From assembly GCA_950097015.1 (NCBI GenBank), contig CATNEN010000002.1:620001-684000 (forward strand): a DNA stretch of 64,000 bases, written 5' to 3'. Positions 25,410-38,000 of the stretch are shown here, piece by piece (the stretch's first letter is position 1; the number at the start of each line of letters is the position of its first letter). The notes beneath the pieces were generated by a model. It was not told where the DNA came from. It worked only from the letters and a program-made list of their open reading frames with translations, and did not search any database. The stretch is from Macrostomum hystrix (lineage: Eukaryota > Animalia > Platyhelminthes). Position numbers and translations under genes: made by a program.

Positions 25410-26802
25410 TCAAGCTGCGAGTCCCTTTGAGATCGCACTGTTGGCCGTGGCAGTCATGGCCTCCATCTCGATCTTGCTGGCATTGGTAGCCACGCCGACT
25501 CTGGACTGTGCGTTCCAGCGATTGCCCGAGATGCAGCGCAGCAGCTTGACGCAGACGGCGCGATATCCGGCGCGGAACTCCTTGTTTGTGAGGCCGTAGA
25601 CGATGAAGTTGACGCTGGAGTTGGTGTGGGCGAATAACACGGCGTAGGCGTGCGTGTGAATCGGGAAACTATCGTTCCAGTCGAGCGCCACGATGATAGC
25701 GTACGGAGCCCAGCAGACGGCGAACACGGCGAAGATGAAGAACAGGGTGCGGGCGAGGCGAATCGAGTCCAGGCTGCCACCAGGCCTGTCGCTACCGCCA
25801 TTGTGGTTTCCTGTGCCGGCATGAACGGTGTTTGATCTGGTGTTGAACCTCAGCTTAAGGGCTCGAGCCATTGATTCTCTGACGTGCAGGAAGATTCTGA
25901 AGTAGCAGATGAGGATCACGATGCTCGGCGTCACCACGGCGCAGCAGGAGAAGAAGATGGTGTAGGAGCGAGCGGCCATCCGGTTCCACACGCACGCAAA
26001 GTTCTTCCGGTCGTAGATGAAGTCGCCCCAGCCTACGAAGTTGGGGAACTCCAGGAACCAGCTCACGATCCACAGGCCCACACAGAGAGCCAATGTGCTG
26101 CGACGGCTGAACAACCTGGCGTAGCTGGCATTGTGGCAGATGAAGATGCAGCGGTTGACGGCCACCGCGGCGATGCTGAGCAGAGAGCAGTAGCAGGCCG
26201 TGAGGCAGGTCGACGCCACGAACTGGCAGAGGGCGGGCCGCTCGGCAAAGTAGATCTCGCCGTGCATTACACCTGTGTTTTATGGTAGGATTATGCATAT
26301 GCTACCGTTATATTGCTCAACAAAATAGATTACAGACCAAGTTTTTAAGTCGTAGGTCTAACCAGTTATGGCGAAAGGATCGATGAATATTGTCACACAA
26401 AGGTCAGCAATGGCCAAATTGACGACGAACAAATTACCATCGTGACGTAGTGTCTAGAATAAATACAGGCGGGGCATTGTTTACTTTTCGGAGTCCTTCG
26501 AAGTGAATCATTCAGAAAGTGTGTCATTTGCCATTTTGCCATTTACCTTAAACAGAAATATGGCGCTAATGACCATGATGTTGCCCAATGTTCCAATTGT
26601 TGAGCCAAAGGTTAGCAGGAACAGTCCTGGATAGGTTACCTCTGTATTGAAACAAATGGAGTGGAAAGTACGCTTCGTACTTTGGATCGCAATGCGTGCA
26701 ATGTATTATCGCAATGCTAATCAATGTTTGCATACCTGGCAAAATGTGCAGCAAGCTTTCCATGGTGTAGTTAAACTTCGGCGATAGTCCGGCAATGTCC
26801 AT
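25410..26802 (-). CDS. Class A GPCR, melatonin-receptor-like (4 exons, ~371 aa)
   Basis: Phase-consistent exons 26802-26736, 26641-26547, 26453-26363 and 26272-25410. Motifs GTLGNIMVI (TM1), GNLFVVNLAIADL (TM2), VNRCIFICH (cf. melatonin receptor INRYCYICH), CWAPY (TM6) and NSSVNFIVYG (cf. NAxxY). Confidence 0.88.
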
Positions 26803-27540
26803 CTTCTTGACTCACTAACGAGTTTAAAAAATAAAATTCTTTTTGTGATTCAGCAGCCAGAAAAATTCGCAGCTAATTCTCCATGTTTATAAGGCTAGGA
26901 CTCAGGTAATGAAGATCCTGTTGGTTGTCAGTTTGACCAATAGAAAATTCGCTGGCACAGTAAGGTGCGATCAAGATTATACGTGGCTAGCTAGAAACCT
27001 TCCGCCCTGGGATTATAGATGCTGTAATTTTCTAAAATTCAAATTCAGTCTTCTCTACAACCAGTCTTGAAATTTGACTGTATTTGCTTCTCCCCACCGT
27101 GAAGACAGTTGTCTGACGTGATTCGGACGTGAAAAATGCATTTTTAAAATTTTCTTTAGAGACAAATTTCCGTTTAGGGAAACTCTATCTGTCATGAACA
27201 ATTTACATCCGTGTGGTTTGCTGCTAGCTTCAATTGTCTGAGCAAGAATTAAAACTGGCAAATTCTTGTCCTTGCGTGCTTTGAAATTGATCTCGTCGAG
27301 GGTTAGGGATCTGGAAATTGAAGGTACCAGGGCGAGTAGTTCTATCAGCGAGCATTGGCAACAGTGATTCTGGACAACATATTTAGTGACATGGTCCGCT
27401 ACCGTTAGACATCGGTACAAAAATACTCAGAGGCTCCTAGGAAAAGTAGTCCGTGCTATCTTGAAGCTGTTTCTGGAGCGCAACTGGAAGCCAAAAGATT
27501 GAGTGTCAGATGCTGCATTCCAAGAGCATTTCTGATGGCA

Positions 27541-27690
27541 TTGTTTGTCCGCTACAACACACCAATCCCATCAAGTGTGGACGCTGAGTGGCTCTTCCTA
27601 GTTGCTAAGGACGTCCTTCATTGCAAACGAGCTCCACGAGCTGATGCAACACTGGCACGACTGCTAGCTGCTGCTTAAAGGGAACCAGCA
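27541..27690 (+). mobile_element. hAT transposase remnant (C-terminal dimerization motif)
   Basis: Translates LFVRYNTPIPSSVDAEWLFLVAKDVLHCKR..., resembling the hAT consensus YNTxxPSSAxVERLFS; degenerate. Confidence 0.55.
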
Positions 27691-28544
27691 TTTACATTGC
27701 AATGATGATTCATTGACTCTCTGGTCGAATCGACTGATCTTCCTTATTTTTAAAGTTGTAAAACTGTTGAACTGATAAAGATTGGGTGCATTTGAATGCC
27801 TAGAATGCGTTAAAACGCATTTTAATATATTTTAGCGCTTCAGCATTTAGGCTGCAGCCAATGAGAAAGGGCTTGAGGGCTTGTCCTGAAATTTACGCCC
27901 TTGAGGGCCAACCTCCAAAGCACAGTAAGAGTGCTTTTCTTATGCCCAACGATAAGAATGTCAGGGCAGGTGTACACACCTTTGTGAGCGTGTGTGCTCA
28001 GGAGTCACAGAAATGGGGAATCACCTTAGCGCTGGGTGCAGGTCTAGTGTTGTCAAATGGTGTGCCATTGGCCACAGCCCTCTTGCAATTATTATTGTTA
28101 TCAATTTTATAGTGCCACTGCTAACGGATTGGAAATTGTTAAAAATTGATCAGATTGAAAAAAGCAAACCTGAAAACACAGAGTAATAATAGTCGTTGAA
28201 AACAAATAATAGAGTAATCCCTACTGGCCATTGCCCGGAGGCTGTGAGAAGACATTTAGTTCCGGAAAGAATCCAAAAAGCCGCTGCTGATGTGCAAAAA
28301 AATGTTAAACGAAAATCTTTTTTAAAGCAACAGGTTTGCTACCTTGCTAGGCCGATAAGAAATTAGGCCTTGCAGCTTTGGTTGTGGGCTGCCTTTAATA
28401 AGTTGTTTACAGTTCAAATTATTTTAGCACGTTATTAGTTTAAACGACATGGCCTTGTGGCGCTCTCAATTTGCTGCGGCAGCAATTGGAAGCTAAAAAT
28501 ATTCTAGCATTTTACGAGGAACTCAAGGATTTTACACCTTTATA

Positions 28545-28602
28545 AACACCTTTATAAACACCTTTATAAACACCTGTATAAACACCTTTATAAACACCTT
28601 TA
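28545..28602. repeat. 12-bp tandem repeat (ACACCTTTATAA), ~5 copies
   Basis: Directly visible. Confidence 0.9.
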
Positions 28603-28753
28603 TCTACTCGCGCTTCTTTTTTCGCATCTTCGTTCCTTGAAAAAAGTAGCAATTTTACTTTCGAGTTAATGTAACAATCTTTTTAGGAGCATTTTATAGC
28701 AAAAAACGGCTCAGCTCATAGTAAAATAAAAAATATTATTATATCAATTTAAA

Positions 28754-30288
28754 AACCCGAATCCAAGATGACGGACACCAACCCGAATCCAAAGTGACGG
28801 ACACCAACCCGAATCCAAGGTGACGGACACCAACCCGAATCCAAGGTGACGGACACCAACCCGAATCCAAGGTGACGGACACCAACCCGTATCCAAAGTG
28901 ACGGACACCAACCCGAATCCAAGGTGACGGACACCAACCCGAATCCAAGGTGACGGACACCAACCCGAATCCAAGGTGACGGACACCAACCCGAATCCAA
29001 AGTGACGGACACCAACCCGAATCCAAGGTGACGGACACCAACCCGAATCCAAGGTGACGGACACCAACCCGAATCCAAGGTGACGGACACCAACCCGAAT
29101 CCAAGGTGACGGACACCAACCCGAATCCAAAGTGACGGACACCAACCCGAATCCAAAGTGACGGACACCAACCCGAATCCAAGGTGACGGACACCATCCC
29201 GAATCCAAAGTGACGGACACCAACCCGAATCCAAGGTGACGGACACCAACCCGAATCCAAAGTGACGGACACCAACCCGAATCCAAGGTGACGGACACCA
29301 TCCCGAATCCAAAGTGACGGACACCAACCCGAATCCAAAGTGACGGACACCATCCCGAATCCAAGGTGACTGACACCAACCCGAATCCAAGGGGACGGAC
29401 ACCAACACGAATCCAAAGTGACGGACACCAACCCGTATCCAAGGTGACGGACACCATCCCGAATCCAAGGTGACTGACACCAACCCGAATCCAAAGTGAC
29501 GGACACCAACCCGAATCCAAGGTGACGGACACCAACCCGAATCCAAGGTGACGGACACCAACCCGAATCCAAGGTGACGGACACCAACCCGAATCCAAGG
29601 TGACGGACACCAACCCGTATCCAAAGTGACGGACACCAACCCGAATCCAAGGTGACGGACACCAACCCGAATCCAAGGTGACGGACACCAACCCGAATCC
29701 AAGGTGACGGAAACCAACCCGAATCCAAAGTGACGGACACCAACCCGAATCCAAGGTGACGGACACCAACCCGAATCCAAGGTGACGGACACCAACCCGA
29801 ATCCAAGGTGACGGACACCAACCCGAATCCAAGGTGACGGACACCAACCCGAATCCAAGGTGACGGACACCAACCCGAATCCAAAGTGACGGACACCAAC
29901 CCGAATCCAAGGTGACGGACACCATCCCGAATCCAAAGTGACGGACACCAACCCGAATCCAAGGTGACGGACACCAACCCGAATCCAAAGTGACGGACAC
30001 CAACCCGAATCCAAGGTGACGGACACCATCCCGAATCCAAAGTGACGGACACCAACCCGAATCCAAAGTGACGGACACCATCCCGAATCCAAGGTGACTG
30101 ACACCAACCCGAATCCAAGGGGACGGACACCAACACGAATCCAAAGTGACGGACACCAACCCGTATCCAAGGTGACGGACACCATCCCGAATCCAAGGTG
30201 ACTGACACCAACCCGAATCCAAAGTGACGGACACCAACCCGAATCCAAGGTGACGGACACCAACCCGAATCCAAGGTGACGGACACCA
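28754..30288. repeat. 26-bp minisatellite (AACCCGAATCCAAGGTGACGGACACC), ~59 copies
   Basis: Directly visible. The three ~500-aa minus-strand ORFs have a 26-aa (78-nt) period, as expected for a 26-nt unit. Confidence 0.98.
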
Positions 30289-30325
30289 GAAAGATCACGC
30301 AATATCCCTCTCTGGGGAAAGACAC

Positions 30326-30788
30326 GGGGGTATTTCAAAGACCCACTGCCTAATTCACGATAGCTCACAAACTAAAGGACCGATTTTTCGTGAAAGTCGT
30401 ACGAGCCAGCATTGTCGAGATATTCAACGATTCTTGTCGAAGATCCTGGTGACAAAGACAAATGGCATTTCTCTGTATAAACCTATTCGTCGAATCCATA
30501 TCAGTTCAAAAGTGCATAAATTACCAATTTAATTAGTACAATATCGGCAAAAACAGCAGCCAACATGATTGCATGATAAACTTTTGTGGGCAGAAAATTT
30601 TTGCCAACTTGTGTAGTTTTCGCCCCCAATGAGAATGATTGAATATCTCCACGATGCCTATTTTTGCGATTCTGGAAGTCATTTTATCAAATACAGGGGA
30701 AAATTTAAGGCCGTGTTCTGGATTTTTGTGGCGACTGGTTGAATAGTTTAGGAGATAAAGAAAAAAATGTGGGCATTTGAAATACCCC
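30326..30788. mobile_element. MITE-like element with terminal inverted repeats GGGGTATTTCAAA (related fragments at ~57745-57850 and ~61505-61690)
   Basis: ggggtatttcaaagacccac at 30327 vs gtgggcatttgaaatacccc ending at 30788. Subterminal inverted GCAT(C/T)GT(C/G)GAGATATTCA. Shared ACCGATTTTTCGTGAAAGTC at other loci. No TSD resolved. Confidence 0.6.
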
Positions 30789-31303
30789 AAATGTCTTTCT
30801 ACTGTTAGTTCCTGAGCATTAAACTGTACGAGAGAAAGAGAGAAACATAGGAAGCTATAGATATAGAAAAATGCACGGAAATGTTATACAGTGTACATTT
30901 TTCATTGATACTGCATTTTTCAAGTGTACTCTTTTGAATAGAGAAGTGTACAAATATCATAGTACCCGCTATTGAGCTAATGAAGTTCCCTTTTTGTGTA
31001 TGTCCATCCATCCCACGTATATCCATAGTGTGAAGCTGGAAAACCACATTTCACTCGAGAAAAAAAGTTACACCGTAAGCACATTTTTTTCTGTGTAATA
31101 CTGCTAAGGACAGCAAATTTTTACTTTTAGATTTGTGAAGAAGCATTTTCGTACTTGTTTTTTAATTGATCAAAAGGCTCCTTATAGCAGGTAATAGCTC
31201 GTAGTAATGACTAACTGAATGCGTTTTTCATTACAAAAATGTTTTACTATCATCAGCGTTAGAAAAATGCATGCCGATACATTTCCTTTTAGAACTGTTC
31301 GTC

Positions 31304-32941
31304 ATGCAACAAGTCTTAATAAGCTCTCAGGATGTCAAGTTCCAGCGAGAGATACTAAGATCGAGCTCTCAGTGCAACACAAGGCTTTACGTTGTCACAC
31401 TCCAGAATGAGTGGACTCCAAGTGGCTTTAAAAGAGATTTTGCACCAAATGTAAGATCTGCTGACGTGTCGAACAAGTTTAAGGTGGGCGACACTGCCGT
31501 GGTCAAACTGTTTGTCGGCGGACCAGAGGAAGAGAAGAAGGCTGATGCCATACGGCGATGCGCCAATGAATACAAAAGATTGGACGACCTGAGGTTGAAG
31601 ATTATGAACGATGAGACTGCCGACAAGAATTGGTTTGTGATGGCCCTTGGAAAAGGCGACAACTTCAGGCTGCCAACGCCCGGTCCATTCGTTCTTCTGG
31701 AGCAAGGAGAGTGCAGTCTAGGCCACTTGCTGCACCAGAGAATCATCGACTGCAAAACTCAAAATCATGAGCCGACAAGTGCGAGTGTGAGCAGCATCGA
31801 TTCAGAATTCTACACCAAGGACCACTGCTTCAGCTTCATCGTTCAGATTCACGGCGCTCTGAACTTCCTTCACAAGCACAACATGATGCACCGAGATCTC
31901 AAGAGCTACAACGTTCTGCTCTTCCACGACAAGACCCTCTGCAAGCTGGCTGACTTAGAGGACTGCCGAGATGTCAGTCTTAGAATGACGGCAAAGATGG
32001 GCACAACATGGTGGGCACCTCCCGAGCTGTACAGGGACATTGACAATAAAGGCAAGGCTGAATACGGATTCGCCGCGGAGTGGTACTCCTTTGGCTTGCT
32101 CATTTGCGAATTGCTGTTTCGAGAGGAGCCTTTCGTGTGCTACTATACGGGGACAATGTCAGATAAAGCGCTGGATGCCTCCAGAGTGTATTCGGACAAG
32201 TTTCTCAGCCAGCTGCCGAGGTTTACTGAGGTGGAACACGACAAACACGCCATGTACATTGACCATACGACGCCAGGGCAACCAAAGGTGGTTCTAAATA
32301 GAAGTCGGTGCGTTTTTTCGAATGCCTTCAGCGTACAAGAAGCATCGAACACGTGGGATCTGGTTGAAAAGTTGCTCATGTGGGAGCCGAATGAGAGAAT
32401 ACCAGGCCCAAGACTGGCCCAGCTTATCGGCTCCCAAATACGGCCCTTCAGTTCCGGAAATCCTCCGCCCATTCGCCTTCCGAATAGTGAGAAGCCAACC
32501 GACACAGGGGCTGCGTCCAGCGATACCACCATGAGCTGGAGGCCAGCTTTTAGTGTTCAAAAGGTTTACCTGCTTGCCCAAGGATGCGACCTATCGGACA
32601 AATCTATTACTGATGAGATTAGGCAGCGACTCGAGGACCGTAAAGAGGACATTCCTGGAATGTTTCCAGACCAGCCAGAAATTTCCAGTCTTAAGTTCTC
32701 TTACAGCTTCAAACCGGCGAACCAACACTTCGTACTTTCAATCATTGGTTCGGAGGCCTTAGTCGAGCTAGCTGCCCAGTTCTGCCGCACGAATGCGCAG
32801 TTTGTGAACTTCATATCAGATCAGTTTAAGTATCACCGTAACAGAGCTGTCCAGGGTTTGAGATTCAAGCTTAAAGTCAATGGTCAGCCCTCCGACGTTA
32901 ATCCTTCGATACCAACTAATCTGGACGATACGCGCGATTGA
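31304..32941 (+). CDS. Intronless, divergent Ser/Thr (TKL-like) protein kinase with a C-terminal extension
   Basis: 556-codon ORF (31271-32941). Likely start is ATG 31304, just after the acceptor tttccttttag|31293. Motifs AVVK (Lys), NEY (alphaC Glu), HRDLKSYN, KLADLE (DFG position), GTTWWAPPE and EWYSFG. Confidence 0.88.
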   Translation: MQQVLISSQDVKFQREILRSSSQCNTRLYVVTLQNEWTPSGFKRDFAPNVRSADVSNKFKVGDTAVVKLFVGGPEEEKKADAIRRCANEYKRLDDLRLKIMNDETADKNWFVMALGKGDNFRLPTPGPFVLLEQGECSLGHLLHQRIIDCKTQNHEPTSASVSSIDSEFYTKDHCFSFIVQIHGALNFLHKHNMMHRDLKSYNVLLFHDKTLCKLADLEDCRDVSLRMTAKMGTTWWAPPELYRDIDNKGKAEYGFAAEWYSFGLLICELLFREEPFVCYYTGTMSDKALDASRVYSDKFLSQLPRFTEVEHDKHAMYIDHTTPGQPKVVLNRSRCVFSNAFSVQEASNTWDLVEKLLMWEPNERIPGPRLAQLIGSQIRPFSSGNPPPIRLPNSEKPTDTGAASSDTTMSWRPAFSVQKVYLLAQGCDLSDKSITDEIRQRLEDRKEDIPGMFPDQPEISSLKFSYSFKPANQHFVLSIIGSEALVELAAQFCRTNAQFVNFISDQFKYHRNRAVQGLRFKLKVNGQPSDVNPSIPTNLDDTRD

Positions 32942-35061
32942 GTCGAACTTTTTCATTGTGGTTGATGCGCTAATACACTTATTCCCTGACTTTTTAGTGA
33001 TTTTTGTTCTGTGGCCCTATCAATGCTGATAATGATTATTTGAGTTTATTTTATACTCGTATTTTTAAAGCCATTCCGTTTCTGAACGCTTTATATACGC
33101 TCGAACTTCACTATATTTTTTCTTGTTCTGCAGGCACTCGCCATGATCCTGTTTAGCATTGGTATTAGCTAGCTGCCGTATACAGTTCAGAATTTTTTAA
33201 AATCACACTGCCAGATCTAAAAAAACTAAAACTAAAACTAACTTTTCGTGCCCAACTTTGTCACTACTTTTATTCTATGTGCTCTGGTCTATTCGAAGCA
33301 CATTCCAAAAAGAGCAATTATCAATTCTCAAGCATGTTAATGCTAGCTCTAGTGCAAATGTGCTGCAAGCTGCAAGTTTTTTATATTTATATTTTAATAG
33401 AAATGTTTTAATACAAGTATAGAAAATATATACAGCAGTAGAGCCCCCACAAAGGGCTGACCTGCAGTCCAGATTGGACGAGGCCGTTTAACAACAACAA
33501 GCTGCAAGTTGGCAACAGCATACCGCGTGAATAAAGTAAGCAACTGCTCAAACTCGACGAAAGACTCAGTAATAATAATTTTAGTGCTCCCATCTTGATC
33601 AAAAGCTCTGTGACAGACTAGGGACTCACGTCAGTAAGAAGAAACTCTGGATACAATGACTGTTTTTAAAGCATTTGCTCGCAAATATATTCTTGAGTCA
33701 AGTCAGTGGCATGCTCAAACCATATTCAGTATCATAATTCCCCACTGATCTGTTAGCATGGGTGAGTTTTTTGCAGAAATGTAATAAGTTATAAATATCG
33801 CATCAGATGATATCTTTAGAACTTTGTTCGAATCCGGTTTTAATTTATTTAAATAGCGAAATATATAATTATTTAATCGGATTTAAATAGTGAAACCCAA
33901 AAGCGGTTCAATTATGGCTTGCCTGTGGTGCTTTCAAAAGTGGACTGGAAAGTTGAATAATAATTAGATGAAGGCCAATTCTGACTTTGCTCAAAAAGTG
34001 ATTGAAGACAACATCACATCATCCGCGGATTATTGCTTAGGTCGCTGAGAGCTTTTCCTCGCCGAGTAGTATAGTATACCGGCCATAGCTTGAGGATTTT
34101 GGGTCAGCGCGAACATCAACCTGCCTAGACGTGGCAGCCTCATCAGGAGCATATGAGCATCGTTTGATCTGCCGTGAGAAACACCGGTCGATTTTGAAGC
34201 GAGTGACGTGTCGTGCAATTAAGGCCTTGTCAGCAGGATGTACATAAGCACGATCGACTATATTTGACTGAGGCCGCTACAAGCAGAAAAGGCCGGCAAT
34301 GATAAGTATGGAGCTTTCGGCTCGTCCAATCTTTCTCTCTAGGTCGTCAGCATTCGTCCACATCGGCCGCCCAGACCGCTCTCTAAAGTTTTAAAGTGTC
34401 CATTGTAATTTACTAATAAAGGCTAAGACAAGCTCAATTATGATGATTGGATTTAACTTTTCTAAAAACCGCTGTCCAACAATAAGTTTTAGAAATGATA
34501 AATTCTCGAATAAAAACTATATTTTTTGTTCCTTCGGACGATCAAGTGAGCTTCATAGATTGGTTCAAGTACAATTTATATAATACCATGCGCGCCACGC
34601 GCATTTTAGTTTACGAAACAAGTACCAATAATTTCAGCTGTCCAGATAATAGTCTGATGTTTATTACAATCTAAATTAAATAATGTAGAATATAATCGCA
34701 CAAAACAGGTTTTCCATAAAGCGTAAACTAATAATACATAATATTTTAACGGTGTTTAATGAGACAACCAAAAGTGGCCGATCAAAAAATACTTCTTTAT
34801 CAAATAAACTGCAGATTGTAAAAAAGTTACAAGGTAAAAAGTTTCATTACTTTTAAAAGTATTTTAGATTGCGCAAATGTATTTTTACATTGCTTACATG
34901 TTAATTATTTGACTTAAATATTATAAGGGTATTAGGTTCATTTAACACTATCGTCTCATTATATTAATTTCGTGCGCATTTGCTTCCTCATATTGTGGTC
35001 AAATTAAAAGTCGGTCTAGATCAACACAGTTATTAAAAAAATCTAGTTTTTTTCAAACTTC

Positions 35062-38000
35062 ATGGCGCAGAAACTCTCCCCGTTCAATTGCATGAAGAAG
35101 AACAAAAAGCAGCCGGATTCACTGGTATGTCGTTGTTTTTTAACTTTCGACAGTCTAGTTAATATTAAATATAACAGAAAAAATTAGCAGCTTATTTGTA
35201 ATCCATGTTTTCTTCTTATTTAAACTTTGCTTTTTATTTTTATTTTTATATTGGTGAGTTACTGTAAAAATGTTTTGGTATTAAAAAGTTAAGTTGTTCT
35301 AAGCACTTAAGTAATCTTTGATCGTTGAACACTTTCAACGAAAGTTTTTTGTCGTTGTGGTTTTATACACGGTGAGTGTATAATTTAGTAAATCTGCTAG
35401 AATGTGTACTTACCAGTTACCCTCACTTGCCAGTTTAGGGCATATGTGATCTGATCATAGTTTGTAGACTCAAATTTTTTTATATGAGATATATATTTAT
35501 AATAATAATATTTGAAGAAACCTTTGTAATAAACAATGCTTTTCTTAAACAAAGAATTGTAAACTGACAGTTCTTATGTGGATTGACTGGCAGAAATTTA
35601 TCAGTTATTTAATGAAAAATTAAGACAAAATATATTTCTGCATGTCTTATGTCTATATGTAGGCATCTAGGCTAATATTACATAGCTTTCTGATCTATCT
35701 ACAAGCACTTAAAGAATTTCGGCCAGCTATCCATTTTTTATTTAGTCTTTGTTTTCCATCAAAAGTGAATTCGAAAATATTTCTTTAAACATCCTTCTGC
35801 AATCATCTAGCTTACAAAAATAAATAAATATATATATATATACTTTTTTTCAGAACAAGCCTGTTACAAAAACAACTACGGTGCCAGAGCCAATCGACGA
35901 AATGATTGACGATCCTGGGTATGATATAGATGATGTTTCATTTGTGCCTTTAAGTTCATTGATTTTTATATGTGCAAATAATTTCAGATATGCTAGAATT
36001 CAATCAGTGATGTCTGACAACAGACCTGGAGCATCTCATCAGCACAGTGCCTCAGATCAAGATGATGACGATAATCCAGTTGAGGAGGTTGTTGAAGCAA
36101 CTGGTAAGTTAATACTGAAAATGACAAAATCTATTTTTGGTTAGTAATTCAAGAAAACAACTCAAAAGCAATCTCAAAATCTCTGCAGCCGCAGTCGGAG
36201 TGCACGCGAGCATGCCAGTCTACGCCGAAGTGAAAAAGGTGATGTTATTGAATCTAATTTTTGTCCTCTCTATACTTTATCTATTATTATGCGCTACCGT
36301 TGACTGCTTCCGCCCACCACTGTTGTAGCCGTGTGGTTAGAAAGTCAGACTTATGACTTAATATTTGGCGATTCGGTTTAAAAATGTACCAGCATTAGCT
36401 GGGGCAATGGAGGTTGGGTTTGGCGCCACCCTACCCCAGTCCGTGGACTGAATAGCCAGCCGTACGAAGCCTTTGACTTTATTTTATAATAAAAATATAA
36501 AAATAATTGCTGGAGGGCTGCGAGCAATCGCACGTCATTGGAGACCCGCAGCCAATTCTGCCCATTTCGCTGACTCCTTGAAACACACGCTCACAGATAC
36601 TGTACGCAGGCATACAATCACACAGGTGTATACATCTGCCCTGACTTTTCTAGCTCAGGGACCTTGGTGCGAGAAGCAACCGCGTTAACCGCTCTGCCAC
36701 TGACCCCCTTGACTTTATCTTGGATTTGAATAATACATTTTCAGGGCTCCTCATCGTCAGCAGCAGCAGCAGCAGCAGCAGCTGGTTCTAGTGGCGTCTC
36801 ACCAAGGTCGCCAGCAGTACCAGAGAGGGCTGGCCCAAGCGGGTCAGCGGCCATCGAAAGCGTTCCAACACCGCGCAGCTCGCGTTCAAATCCCGTCCCC
36901 TCGCAGCGCTCTCCGCGACGCGTCGGTTTCCAAGGCAACGATGACGTGGACGGAGCCGGCGAAGCTGCGGCTGAACCGAGAGGCGGCGGAGGAGACGGCC
37001 GGTTGCTGACTGGAGTGTCGATCAACTCCTACGGTCTGGGCACCACCGCGTCATCGCTGCATTACGGTTGGTTACCGCTGATTAAAACTGTCCTAAATTT
37101 ATTATATTTTCACCCCCTACAAATTTTTCATTTCATAACAAACAACAGCAGATCAGTCAACTGATCTGTCTGAATCGGCTCGCAGCTACAGTCAGCAACA
37201 GCAGCAGCAGCAGCATCACCCAAGCCTTCTTAACAGTCTTCAATCGCAGGATCCATCGGATGTCCAGAGCCTCAAGCGGACGATTCGCCGTCTGACATCA
37301 GAGATGAGCCGCCTTCTCACCGTGCGGGATCAAGCTGGAGTATCTGGGGAGGCTTCAGCGGTGAGGGGTCGTGGTCACGTGACTCGCGAAACGAATATTA
37401 ACAGAAATCGTCTTTCTTGCACTGCATCTTGCATCCGCCCCATCGTCGAATCCCCCCTTCACCCGCAGCCGCGCCGCCTGCTACCAGGCAAAGGTCCCGT
37501 GCCTCCCTGGCTCTGCGACGCCCGCACCTTTGCCCCTCTACTGGCAGCCTACGAGGCTCAATTAGCCGCTCGCGACGAAGCCCAACAGAGGTGCGAGGCT
37601 CGACTCCATCTGGTTGAGGCCGAGGCCGCCGCACTAGTTCGCGAGAACGAGCGACTGAGATTGAAAATCAAAGAGGGAGCCGGCCCTGCTCAAACTGCTC
37701 AGAGCTCAGACTGGGACTCATTTACTGAGCAGGCCAGGCTAGTGCTGGAAGAGAATCAGCTGCTGATTCATCAGCTCAGCCTGCAGCAGGAGAGGGCCAA
37801 ACAGGCTCACAAGAACTACGTTACGGATAGTAAGCGAAAATTTTACTGAGCATTCCTCGCGTGCTGGGAGAACTACAAGGAGTAGAAGGATGGGAAACTT
37901 CGTTTCTTAGAAAAGTTTTGGAGGCTGGTTTTCACCGAAAAAATATACTGCCGATGAAAATAAAATTAGTGAAAATAAAATTGTCACTAATCTCATTAAT

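Noticed and set aside
27055-28186. Short ORFs of 60-120 aa in intergenic DNA
   Set aside because: No recognisable motifs; they overlap SINE or transposon relics.
28739-30368. Three ~500-aa ORFs in all minus frames (GVRHLGFGLVSVTLDSGWCPSPWIRV repeats)
   Set aside because: Artefact of a 26-bp satellite that has no stop codon on that strand.
34095-34135. Hammerhead ribozyme core CTGATGAG on the minus strand
   Set aside because: The stem after CUGAUGA is not followed by GAAA, and stems I and III cannot be formed.
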